Shown piece by piece: positions 1 through 12,019 of a DNA stretch of 64,000 nucleotides; within the stretch, counting starts at the first letter, position 1; each line of letters begins with the position of its first letter. This DNA is from Felis catus. Its lineage: Eukaryota. Where the stretch lies: assembly GCF_018350175.1 (NCBI RefSeq), contig NC_058372.1:131626001-131690000 (forward strand). Reading direction: 5' to 3'. A program made the translations under genes and the position numbers. The notes under the pieces were generated by a model that worked only from the letters and a program-made list of their open reading frames with translations, had not been told where the DNA came from and did not search any database.

Positions 1-355
1 GTAGTTGTGAAAAGAGAAAACCCACAGGCAGAGAATACCAAAATTCAGTAGAAATACTCGGAGGAGTAAATGCATTGCCTTTAAGTAGGTGTTTTGTTTT
101 CACAGGTGGATCTTCTTTTGACTGAATTTTAGTTAATTTAAAAGAATGAGAAATCATTCTTCTTTAGGAAATGGTGTTTTTTTCCTGAAGGTGGACTTTG
201 TTTATATGCATAAAATCATTTTACAAGATAGCTACTCTCCCTATATTTTCCAAAAACTCTAATATTAATGAATAAAAACATGTTTATAAGTAAGTTTTAT
301 TTTCATTAGAATATGTTGTTTTTTTGGCTCTAAAGAAAAAAATGGTACATTTCTT

Positions 356-578
356 TTTAAAAAAAATTTTTTTTTCAACGTTTATTTATTTTTGGGACAG
401 AGAGAGACAGAGCATGAACGGGGGAGGGGCAGAGAGAGAGGGAGACAAAGAATCGGAAGCAGGCTCCAGGCTCTGAGCCATCAGCCCAGAGCCCGACGCG
501 GGGCTCGAACTCACTGACCACGAGATCGTGACCTGGCTGAAGTCGGACGCTTAACCGACTGCGCCACCCAGGCGCCCC
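356..578 (-). mobile_element. Young Felidae Can-SINE (SINEC_Fc type)
   Basis: Full-length, CpGs intact; perfect 18-bp TSD aaaaatggtacatttctt at 338-355 and 579-596. Confidence 0.95.
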
Positions 579-844
579 AAAAATGGTACATTTCTTAAAG
601 GAAGCACTTTCTGTAGCACTTTCGTTCATAAGTTTTTCATATTTTCTTCTTGGAAAAATGCACATCTTAATTCAGCACTTAAATTTCACACTTATTTCTT
701 AAGATGCATAAACAGAGATCTCTTCTGACACGATATAAAACTTGACAGTTTAACAATTCATGAACCAATTATATGTAATCTGATGCTACTTATTTCTGTT
801 CAAAAGTCAAATAGGATGAGAGGATTCTTCAGAAAACCAGACTT

Positions 845-1080
845 GGGGCGCCTGGGTGGCTCAGTCGGTTAAGCGACCGACTTCGGCTCAGGTCATGATC
901 TTTCGGTCCGTGAGTTCGAGCCCCGCGTCGGGCTCTGTGCTGACAGCTCGGAGCCTGGAGCCTGCTTCCGATTCTGTGTCTCCTTCTCTCTGACCCTCTG
1001 CCGTTCATGCTCTGTCTCTCTCTGTCTCAAAAATAAATAAACGTTAAAAAAAAAATTAAAAAAATAAAAAATAAAAAAAA
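845..1080 (+). mobile_element. Felidae Can-SINE
   Basis: ggggcgcctgggtggctcagtcggttaag head, (CT)n, poly-A tail; TSD agaaa(a/g)ccagact. Confidence 0.95.
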
Positions 1081-1189
1081 GAAAGCCAGACTACACTAAA
1101 TTTTATCATTAAAAATAGAAAATATTAAGCTATAGAAATTAATTAGTTTTTACCATTTTTGTCCATCCCAACAGTTACTGTGACCTCTT

Positions 1190-1480
1190 ACACTATCTAC
1201 TCATTTACTTAATTTTATATACACCACCACCTGCTTTGTGCCAGGCATTTTTTGGAGAAATTAGAAACATATAGGTTTATATAAGTTTATATCATGGGGA
1301 GGAATTTCATATGAAATGTGAGCATATAAGCAATCAAGTAGAAGTCTACAACAGAAGTATGTACAAAATGTCATATGAACACAGAGTAAAAAAAGCAATT
1401 ATTTTCCCCTGGCAAGACAAGAGGCTTCATAGAGAAGGGGATATTTGAGTTGAACATTAGCTATGAAATAGAATTTTTCC
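1190..1480 (-). mobile_element. Degenerate L2 fragment
   Basis: tttgtgccaggca...gaggcttcatagagaaggggatatttgagttga resembles the reversed L2 3' end. Confidence 0.5.
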
Positions 1481-2499
1481 TTGTAGGTAATTGATATTAA
1501 TGTGATACCATTAAAGAAAGCATTTTGACAAAGCTTTATTAATTATGAAGCATTATTGTAACTGTTATTAAATGTCCCAAGACATTTTAAATAGAATAAA
1601 TGCGGACTTTCTTTATTTCTTAGGTTATATTAAATTGGTATTAACCTAATTGGGAAGAAGTCCAGTATTAAATTATAGCTTCCTCCTATGCAGTTGGATC
1701 TTACAAGTGAACCAAAATTTGTCTAAAAATTAGAAGTAACTTCCTTTCCCTCAGATCAGTAATTCTTGGATTTTGGTCAGTAATTTGTAGTCTGCTTGAA
1801 GGAAAATGGATCTGTCTAATTGCTCTGGATTCTCTGGGATAACTGTAACCACAGACACTGCCAAGACCTTAAGTTCTTGAGGCTTTAGATACAGTATGCA
1901 CAGCTCACATAATGGCTTCTGCTTTTAGATGCTGGGGGTCAGGCAGGGCCACTGGATGAAGGTAACTCTTATCCCTTCCAGTCTTAAGATACCTAAACAC
2001 ACGTGGGGATTGGAAAACTCTTCTCTTTAAGCCTCAAAACAGGACCAAAAAAGTCTATTACATATCATATCACTTATATGGACAATATGGATATTACAGC
2101 TAAGTCTCTCAAGGAATCAAAGCTAATGCTTCTCAAATTTAAGATGTCTAAAAAAATAAAAGAAGAAGGAAAGGAAAGAAGAAAAAGGAGGAGAAAACAT
2201 GTTTAAGAATCTGGTTCAAAATATAAACAGTCAGTCCCAATCCTCAAGTGATTCTGTTTTGGGGGGGTTCTGGATTGACCTTGAAAGGTCTGGTTTCCCC
2301 ATAGGAAAAAGAACCTAGGACCTTCACAAGAAATAAAGCAACCACGGTAGAGTTGTAGGTACATTGTTTTGGCGTGTTGTTGACAAAATGCTACTGTTTC
2401 AGCACAGAATACTTATATCTCCTTCTAGCATAAGCATATTTTTCTTCACTTGTGTCCACTACACTGTGTAGAATAGGCTTAGTTTATAGCTAGGTTTGG

Positions 2500-2930
2500 A
2501 ATGATTCTGTGATTACTTGTGCAGATGCCTGAGTACTGGTTTTTCACTCTCGGCTACATTAAGGAGACTGATATTTATGATACGCAGTTTAGAGATTGAA
2601 GCTCCACTTGGTGACAACCAAAACCAGTTTGTTTACCAATGGATTTCAGCTGACATATTAGATAGACAGACTTGGCTGTATGACTTAAAGATCATAAAAA
2701 GACTTCACTGGGAACTTCTGCCCTGAGCTCTCATTTCAAAGGTGAAGTGTACCCTTGTGGGAGTAAGGATCTTAGAGGGCTTGCACCTGGATCTCCCTTT
2801 GCCCCTTGGCGCTTACCTGCACTGTCTTTCTCTTAGTATATTATACCTTTTGCCCTTAAGTAAAAACATTATATAAGCATGTTCTGTGACTCTTCTCAGT
2901 CCTTTCAAGCATCTGAACTTGTGCAATCTT
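2500..2930 (+). mobile_element. Old ERVL-like LTR fragment (MER21/MER68/MER77-like)
   Basis: Recalled similarity of gttctgtgactcttctcagtcc and upstream motifs; boundaries approximate. Confidence 0.35.
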
Positions 2931-5900
2931 TGCATATAAAAATAGTATCATTATTGGAAAAGTTAATGTAACATACCTACCAATAGCTTGATATAATTGA
3001 ATTATTGTGTTAATGATTGTTTAGTAAAGTGTAGGGTCTGGCAAATACTTATTACCAGTAAGGAGAACATTAAAGACAAACTCAGATTTGCATAGCTTCA
3101 AATCAGTGAAGAAGAAAAGTATGAATAAAAAGAGTATGCAAAGGAAAGTATGATATATGTAAGAATCTTCTTCAGATGAGCTTGCATAGAAGACCATTGT
3201 GTAGTCATCAGCTTGCTATAAGCTTCTTCAATTAACCGTCAATTTCCATGTGCCTTCAACTTCTGGAGACTCTCTGAAGAACCTCAGATTAAATCACTAA
3301 GGGGTGTAAACTTCAACAATATTAAGGTTCCTTTTTCATTTGTCTGGGAGTTGGAAATGAGGACAGAATTGCACAGTTTAAATTCATGAATAAGTGTTCC
3401 AATGAAAAGGTTCCCATATCACTAGGTTGGTCAGTGGGAACACATTAACTAAGACCACAGAATCTAATATTTTAGCCTTTGTAAGTATTGTGGCTTTTCA
3501 ACAGAATGCTTCAACGCACCAGCAAAATAAATGCACTATTTAAGCTAGTACATATTCATAAACCATGGAAGGAGAAAACTATACAATTCCTTTGGAGTAA
3601 CTCAAAAGTTCTCCTGCAATTGTTTCAGTCAATGCCTCCACCTTTACAATTTGTCCTAATTAATTTAATTACAAATGAAGCATGAACTGGCCACATCTGC
3701 CATCCTGGAAATGTTTTCCCAATAGTATTTAATTTTATAGCAAATTTGTCCCTACTGAAATGAATTATTTCATTTGTTCCATCAGGATTTTATCCAATGC
3801 CTGGTAGATATTTTATCTGGTACGATCAGCCATTCTGGTTTTGTCAGTTATTTATCTTCATGAATCTTACAACATAATAATTGAATTTCTGGAATTTTTA
3901 TTTAAGAACTTCTTTTCTGGCCACATTTTGTGATCTATAACTGGATGCTTGATTTGTTACTAGTAATAAATTATTTGTGTTTTATATGAAACTTTTCTGT
4001 TAGGATTTTTAGTCAGAGCAGTCTGCTTAGCATGATAATCTCTAAAATATTTCTATTGTATTTCTAAAGTGTTTTCATAGTGTCCATAACTTTTGCAGTA
4101 CCTTTTTTACTGTGAGCCTTTGATGATGAGCAATGGTTCTTTGATATATGCTCTGCTGTTGAGTTAATATGTCTAGATCATGGTGTATCATTTTCATGTT
4201 TACACAAAAAAAGAAGAGTTATGATAATCTCGGTACATATGATAATCTGTATTTTTTTGTGCTCTGTCAACAATCCATCTTCCTATTTCTGTGAAGTCTT
4301 TTGTCCTTTTGCAACTAAAGGTATTCCTTGCCTACTTTTTTAAAATTATAGATAATATAGGTATTTTCATGAGTAGAGCAGCTATAATCTGATCATGTAT
4401 AGGGAACCATAGTACATTTTGTCTAGAAGTAAATCCTAGATTAAATATGTGGGTTTTATGTCACAGAGAATAATGTATGTTTCCCATAATAATCTCAAAA
4501 TACTAGTTGTTAGTTGTGGGTCCAGGCATAGGATTGTTAAAAGTTTTCACCATTCCTGTGGTTTTATTAAACCAATATATCTGATGTTCTATTAATAGCG
4601 AGATTATGGGGGGACATAAAGACACCTATATCAATAAGAAAGACATATTGCTTCCCTTGGGAGCTCAGAGGAAGGACAAGGAGTTTTTGGGTGCCTGTGT
4701 TTCCCATGGGATTAAGTCATTGGACAGACTTTAGATAGATGTCCTTCTGAATTTTAGCTAATGTGGGACATTGGTTCTTTAAATCACATATCCGTTTGAA
4801 GTATCTATAGGCTTCCTTCTCTACAGTTTCACAAATCATACAGAATAGAGGCTCTTTTAGTTATTTTACCTAAAGATCCATAACTATATTGATTTCTAGC
4901 TTATTTACTTTTTAAGTCTATCTGGAAATGTCCAGTCACATATTGGGTATTTTCTAAGTTGATAATTTTACATTTTCTTCCGTTTGATTCCCCCAATTCA
5001 GGACTAAGCCCGTTTATAAAATGAGAAGATATAGTCTTTCTTGTCAGGTGTTGAGTCTACCCCAGAATTGTTTGAAGATGTCATAAAGTCTATCTTTATC
5101 TTTATTTAGTTTATACTTCTGCATCTTTGTTGAAAGAAAGGCTTTCAAAATTGCCTTATGTAATGCATTTTCTATTTCTATTTTTTAAACTTTACACCAC
5201 TAGGTTATTTAAATCTTCTCTTTTCTAAATGGCTGCTTTTAAACATTTTCCTCCATGAGGCTAACAATTAGTTGAATTAACTCATATATATCTGTAGTGT
5301 AGGACAGTAAATGTCTAATAAAAATCCTGAATTCTGCAGAAAATATTATGCCGATATCCCTGAAGTTTAGGAAAATCATTAATTATAGCTCTTAATTTGG
5401 CTCTAGACCAGGGTTTTAATTCAACGTCCATAGATCTGACTTGTGTTCTACAAATTTAAAATGTGGTATTCTTTTTCTGATGAAAGCGCTGAGGACAGAC
5501 TAGCTCATTTACAAAACCAGGTAAAGTTGCATAGAAAAAGGGATGGAATGAGGGCTAGCTTTCAGAAGGTTACAAAGGCTTTGACAAAGACTACATTGGA
5601 ATTTAAATTTTATTTAGCAAGCTCAGTATGCCAATCAAAAGAGTGGAGTATTGACTATTCAGTATTTTATCTCCTAATTTGTCCCCAGCCCCTTTTACCT
5701 ATTGTAGTTCATTGGATGTATCATCTCAAAATTTCCCCATAATAGTCATTGTTATTCTAAATTATCTATCTAATCATTTTCTAAAGTTTATCAAGGAAAT
5801 GAGAAGATTTGGGATTAAAAGTGTGACTTTTTAGAGAAAGCAGACGTTCTCCAGGAAGATGCTTAAACTCTGGCATAGACAGGCCCCTGATTCACGAGAG

Positions 5901-6919
5901 TGCCCCCTCCCCCTCCCCCCAGCTATGATCAGAGTGACACTGACTGAAGGCTTGCAGAAACCATGTCCTTGAGGGGAGCTGCAGTTGATTGAACAGGAGT
6001 AAAACAGGTTCTGGTGGCTCCTGCTCCCATGGCTGCAGAACAAGGAGTGTTTTCTTAAAGCTGTGGGCATATTTTTTATTCTCACAATTTGGGAATACTG
6101 GCCCAAACTAAACACAAAGTTCAGTGAAGGGGTTGTCTCCAGGACCTGACAAATTTCTTTCTCTCTGCAAAATCTCTGCAAAACAGACTTTATTCTCTAT
6201 CTGAGGAAAAAGATAAGCCAGGTATTTAGGAACACAGTGCTGTCTCTCCTTTCAAGAGATGTGTGATGGGACATTCCATTCTTCCTTGGTACCTCTAGTA
6301 GAGGCTGATAACTCAAAGGCCCTCAGATGCCACAGATGGGTTATACATAATTCAAGGGGTGAGACAAAGTGAGTAATATGTAATAAATGGGAGAATGCAG
6401 ATTCTTCTAAAGAATTCAAATAAAATTTATGTTTAAAACACTCTGCTGGTCAAGATAGTTCTTGTCCGTGAGCTGGACTTACCGCTGGACAGTTATGTGA
6501 AAATAAACACGTTGTTAATTTATTGCTTACTAGCTTATTCTATTACATTATTACCATTTAACCTTCCCTGGAAACACAGTTTAGCTTCCTTCTTTTTCTT
6601 TCTTTTTCTGAAAGTGTAGAACGAAGTTCCACCCACGGAGTGGCATCCATTTATAAAGCTGGTGTTGGGAGAAAAGATTATTTTTATAGGCTCAAACATG
6701 TCACATTAGGCTTATGACGAGATCAGGTTTGAGAACATGATTGTCCAGACAAGCCAATAGTGTATATTTACTTCTGTAATAGTGAGACATGTTCACACGT
6801 AATTAAAATAACGCGAATCGTGGAAGATGTGAACATAGCTGTGCTTTCTGTAGCTGGTAAGCGATGCTATTATTGATCAGCAGAAATCTTGGATTTTAAA
6901 GCTATTTTTCTCGTTACAG

Positions 6920-7850
6920 GCTGTGAACCTATTCCCGTGCGCTATCTTGAGTGGAGCAACATAGAATCCATCATAGCCATCGCCTTTTCCTGCCTGGGCA
7001 TACTTGTCACCTTATTTGTTACTCTTATCTTTGTGCTGTACCGGGACACACCAGTTGTCAAATCCTCCAGTCGGGAGCTCTGCTACATTATCCTAGCTGG
7101 CATCTTCCTCGGTTACGTGTGCCCTTTTACTCTCATTGCCAAACCCACCACCACATCCTGCTACCTCCAGCGCCTTCTGGTTGGCCTCTCCTCTGCCATG
7201 TGCTACTCTGCTTTAGTGACCAAAACCAACCGAATTGCACGCATCCTGGCTGGCAGCAAAAAGAAGATCTGCACCCGGAAGCCCAGGTTCATGAGTGCCT
7301 GGGCCCAGGTGATCATCGCCTCAATTCTNNNNNNNNNNNNNNNNNNNNNNNNNNNNNNNNNNNNNNNNNNNNNNNNNNNNNNNNNNNNNNNNNNNNNNNN
7401 NNNNNNNNNNNNNNNNNNNNNNNNNNNNNNNNNNNNNNNNNNNNNNNNNNNNNNNNNNNNNNNNNNNNNNNNNNNNNNNNNNNNNNNNNNNNNNNNNNNN
7501 NNNNNNNNGACCCGCAATGTGCCCGCCAACTTCAATGAGGCCAAATATATTGCCTTCACCATGTACACCACCTGCATCATCTGGCTGGCTTTTGTGCCCA
7601 TTTACTTTGGGAGCAACTACAAGATCATCACCACCTGCTTTGCAGTGAGCCTCAGTGTAACGGTGGCCCTGGGGTGCATGTTCACTCCCAAGATGTACAT
7701 CATTATTGCCAAGCCCGAGAGGAATGTCCGCAGTGCCTTCACCACCTCTGACGTAGTCCGCATGCATGTTGGTGATGGCAAGCTGCCCTGCCGCTCCAAC
7801 ACGTTCCTCAACATTTTCCGAAGAAAGAAACCAGGTGCAGGGAATGCCAA
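6920..7850 (+). CDS. GRM1: GRM1 penultimate constitutive coding exon (931 nt): end of the cysteine-rich domain, the 7TM domain and the proximal C-tail (about residues 577-887)
   Basis: Acceptor ttttctcgttacag|G and donor GCCAA|gtgagt. Translation [56 protein letters not shown]...[38 protein letters not shown]...[11 protein letters not shown] is the mGluR1 7TM domain. Contains a 180-N run that keeps the frame. Confidence 0.98.
7329..7508. other. N run (180 nt) inside the GRM1 7TM exon
   Basis: Direct reading. The other N runs are at 30757-30885, 30989-31150, 31556-31729 and 35929-36140. Confidence 1.
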
Positions 7851-9952
7851 GTGAGTTATCTGACCCCGCTTTGCCTCCCTCTCTGTCTTTTCTCTTTTCT
7901 TCCATTTGAGTGAATTGCGTTCTTCCATTTCCCCAACGGCTTTCATTTCCTTTCTTAATCTTTTCTCTTTCCTCCCCCCCCCCCCCCCCGCCCAAATGTC
8001 ATACTCTTCTGCAGTAGGAAATACTAAAGGTCTTCTTTGTTTTCATTCCTTTGAAAAAGCCAGGAGCATGAAACAACAACCAGCTAAACACACCCTTATT
8101 CTTACCTAGAATCTTCAGCTTCTGTTCTGCCAATAATCGTTTCCTTTCACGCGGGTCCTCCCCTGTATGGAGCATCAGCACATCCCTGGGGTCTGGGTTT
8201 GAGATGCAAATTCTAGTTCCAATTTTTAGTTTAGAATATGACTGAGTAAAGTTTCTGATTTATTTTTATCACGCTGGAGTCTCACCATTACTAACCTGGG
8301 TTGGAGAGGAAGGAAATGAAGCCCCTGTGGAAATTTGACTGTTTCAAAATTTGAGTGCAACTAGCAGCAAGTCTTTCCTGAGAGAAGTTTCCTTAAGCAA
8401 CCCTCCTACCATGCCCCTCTTACTTATTGAGCATGGATGTATAATAGAGATGTTCCATAATGCTACCTGAGAATCGAGCTACCTCTACTGCAAGCTCAAG
8501 ATCAGAATGGTTTGTTTCTGAGCCATAAAGCACCAAAAGAAAAAAAAAAAAAAAAAAACAGATAAAGGTGAGGAGCTCCAAACTGACATGGATGCTTGAA
8601 GTTCTAAAGGTACTTGACCCATCCAAAACCTCTTCTATTTTCCTCATTAGCAGTGTTAATTTTTCTGTTTGAAACAATCCTTTAAAAGTGAGGAATTTTA
8701 ATACAAATAATTGTAACATATACATGGTTTTATAACCCGAACAAGTCAGAAGACAAGGGGAATAGGTGTTATTTCCCCCCACTTTGTAAGGGAGGGAACT
8801 CAGCCACTGTGAAATTCTGTGACTCCTAAGTGTAATTCTGTTTGTTAGCCGTTCTTTGTCTAGGTCTTAACTTGCATGAAATTTCTCATCTTAACACATG
8901 TCAAAAAATTGACGTGCCTCTGTGTTTTGTATCTTTACTTGTCAAGCAGTGCCAGGGGCATCTTTTACAGAAATCCTGTAATTGGTTTGAGGATCGAGTG
9001 AAGGAGTCTATAGGAAAATATATTTTTTAATCCATAGAATTACTATTATTTCAAATAATAAATAATAATTTTCCAGCATTAAGGGTTAAGGTCATAGTGC
9101 ATGCCTAATTGTTGCCGTATCAATTTCAAGTTCTGAATAAGATACTGGTCATAAAAGTCGCTTAGTCATTTTTTTCCCTTGCCAGACGTTTCACGCTCGC
9201 CAGCACCCCCTCAGGAGCAGGCCCCTAGCAGGGACTCATCAGTAAGCGTGAAGGCAAACCAACAGTGCCATGAAATGAGAAAAGAATAATAGACCATAGC
9301 CACAGAATCCAGATGTAAAATGGCGCATAACAATTTTCATTAAGAGGGAAAAAGTGAGAAGAAACGCAAATGAGAAGGGAGAAAACGCTCTTTAAGCTGG
9401 AATGTTTGTAGACACTAAAAGATTTCCTTGATTGCGTCTCAAATGGCCTTGTGAGGGTTCCATTCGACCACCTACCTTTATGCACGTCCACGTTTCTGAC
9501 TTTTCTGACTTTATTATGGTTCTTCAGAAACTTTCGTATGATTTTTGGTCATAGTCATTTCTGAAAGCTGTTCTAGCCGTTAAATGAAAGGAGAGACCTA
9601 TGTGATCAAGACATCTTGTGTTGCCACCCAGGGATATGCGTTTTTGAAAGCTCTCCCAGTGTTTTTATGTCCCCTTGTACACAGAATTCTATAAGCGCCT
9701 GTCCAAGAGCAGTGGCTAATGAATAGTATATAGTGCTTGCTGCTGGGATAAGCTGATGTTACTTTAACAATGCTTAGCAATTCTCTGGCAGCCAGGCATT
9801 GTTGTACATTCAGATCATCCTCTCACACCCGGAACCTCTTTCCTTATAAGCTGAGAATATTCCCTTCACTATTATGAATTTAGAAAAAAAATGTATTTGG
9901 GATCCTGCTTTTAAGAGAGAAATCAGCTTGTTCTAAATTGTATTGGTTTTCT

Positions 9953-10179
9953 TTTTTTTTTTTTTATTAAAAAAAATTTTTTTTTAACGTTTATTTTTGG
10001 GACAGAGAGAGAGCATGAACGGGGGAGGGGCAGAGAGAGAGGGAGACACAGAATCGGAAACAGGCTCCAGGCTCCGAGCCATCAGCCCAGAGCCCGACAC
10101 AGGGCTCGAACTCACAGACCGCGAGATCGTGACCTGGCTGAAGTCGGACGCTTAACCGACTGCGCCACCCAGGCACCCT
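9953..10179 (-). mobile_element. Young Felidae Can-SINE in the GRM1 intron
   Basis: Full-length; perfect 17-bp TSD aattgtattggttttct at 9936-9952 and 10180-10196. Confidence 0.95.
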
Positions 10180-12019
10180 AATTGTATTGGTTTTCTAAGA
10201 AGTGCCGTTTTACCAGTAAATTGCTTATCTATTAGCTATAATTTATCAAGTTCTATCGGATTGTGATGGTAGGAAATATGGTTCTAATTAATAACATGCA
10301 GCTTTTTTTGGTACAATCTGTAGCTTCTGAAGGGTGTACCACACAGCTGAGCTGATGTACAGAAAGTATTTGAGGCTAAACTTCTACCGATCACAGCCAT
10401 TTATGCACTTGTTTCCTCATTTTTTCTTCTATGGCTTCTCTTGTAACTCTCTATGAGACTGTAATTTTAAATTAATAATATCAGTGCCTACATTTTTACC
10501 TTTTTAAATGTTATTTTATGTTTTTCTGGTTTGTCTCCAAACTTACAAAAACCACAACAATCTAATATTTTTCTACAGCAACTAAAATCTAGCAGAGTTG
10601 TGCCAACTGGAGCAAGGGGCTGAAAACTCTGGAGAGCACATCACCCAATGAGTTTATTACCATTCTGGATGTGTAATTCCTACATTTATGGTGCGCTGAG
10701 GGTGTTCAGCAGTCTGCATATGTAGCTATAAACACAGAACAGCTGCTGTAATGAAGAGCTTCCAACTGATCTATCTGTTTGAATATTATTCTGAGGAGTT
10801 GCAAGTCTGACTACATCCTCCTAAGAGGCTGTTTCTGAGATGCTTGGGAGGGATGACGTCGTGGGTCTGTTTTTGCAAAGTTTTCTGCAGTTTTTAAATT
10901 CGATTCACAGCTAAGCATCTGACACAACCAAAGGTCTGGGCACTTGCTTTGCATTTTCCAAAAAGTAATTTAGGAGGAGTGTAACCAAAAAATTGGGTGT
11001 TTGGGTTACTTACAGTCAGACGTCCGATTAAGCATAATCCTACCCTAGAAGGTGGATGGAGTAGTATATTGCCTTTGAAATCTCTAATTCTTTAGCTGTT
11101 AATTTAATGTATTTGAATAGGAAAATATTCAGGCTTAACCTAAATAAACCTAGTGGTAAAATGCACTTTCTTGGCAATAGAAATTCCTAGACATTCATAA
11201 TCAAGTAAATTTTGAGATACAAATTACTTATCACTTCTTTTTAAGCAAAATGAGTTAACATTATATAACTGAAAAATTAAAACATTATATAAATGACATG
11301 CTTCTTTTAAAAACTAGGGTATTAATGACGTCAAACTATTATTTCTAGATATTTTCTGAGTAAATGACCTCACTGAATGCCACTCTGATGGCATAGGAAG
11401 CTGAAATGTGACAGTACACTCCTATGGCCTTTTGCATGCAAAACTAAAAGCAATTACAATCACAGAAACACATTACATTGATTCAAGGAAGTAATTTTAA
11501 AGTGCAGGTTCCTAAATAAATAGAATATTATTATGTTCCTGTGATTGTGTCCTAAGCATTTGAGTGCAAAAGCTAAGTGAAATACCAAATAGAAAGACGC
11601 TCCGAGGAAATTTTCCTCTTGGTCTGCTAGAAACATTTGTTTGTCTGCAAGCAGAGGTCACTAAGCCTGCAGCATTCGTGACTGTGCCCTGCGTATGCCT
11701 TTTAATTTGACTTTCTTCTTTTGATTATTAAAGGAAATATGAGAGGGAAGCAACGGACATCACAATCAAATAGAAATAACATGTTTTCTTTCATAGAAAG
11801 AACTCAATCATTACTCTAATAAGCTTATGAATGAGAAAATATGTCATTTGGAAATCATTTTTCTCATAAGCATACAATAAATGGCTTTAAAAGTATATTG
11901 TAAAATAAGATGAAAGTATTGTAATTCTTCCCTTGTTTTAGAGTAAATATCTGAAGATTTTATCTAAGTACTTGTCATAGAATTTTACTACTCGATAGTA
12001 ACATTCATGGAGAATCTAC

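Noticed and set aside
375-665. Recurring ORFs with GAPGWRSRLSVRLQPGHDL... (also at 9991, 51780 and 54191)
   Set aside because: Translations of Can-SINE copies, not a protein family.
6951-7995. Alternative-frame and antisense ORFs over the 7TM exon
   Set aside because: Lengths are inflated by the 180-N run, and they are shadows of the real CDS.
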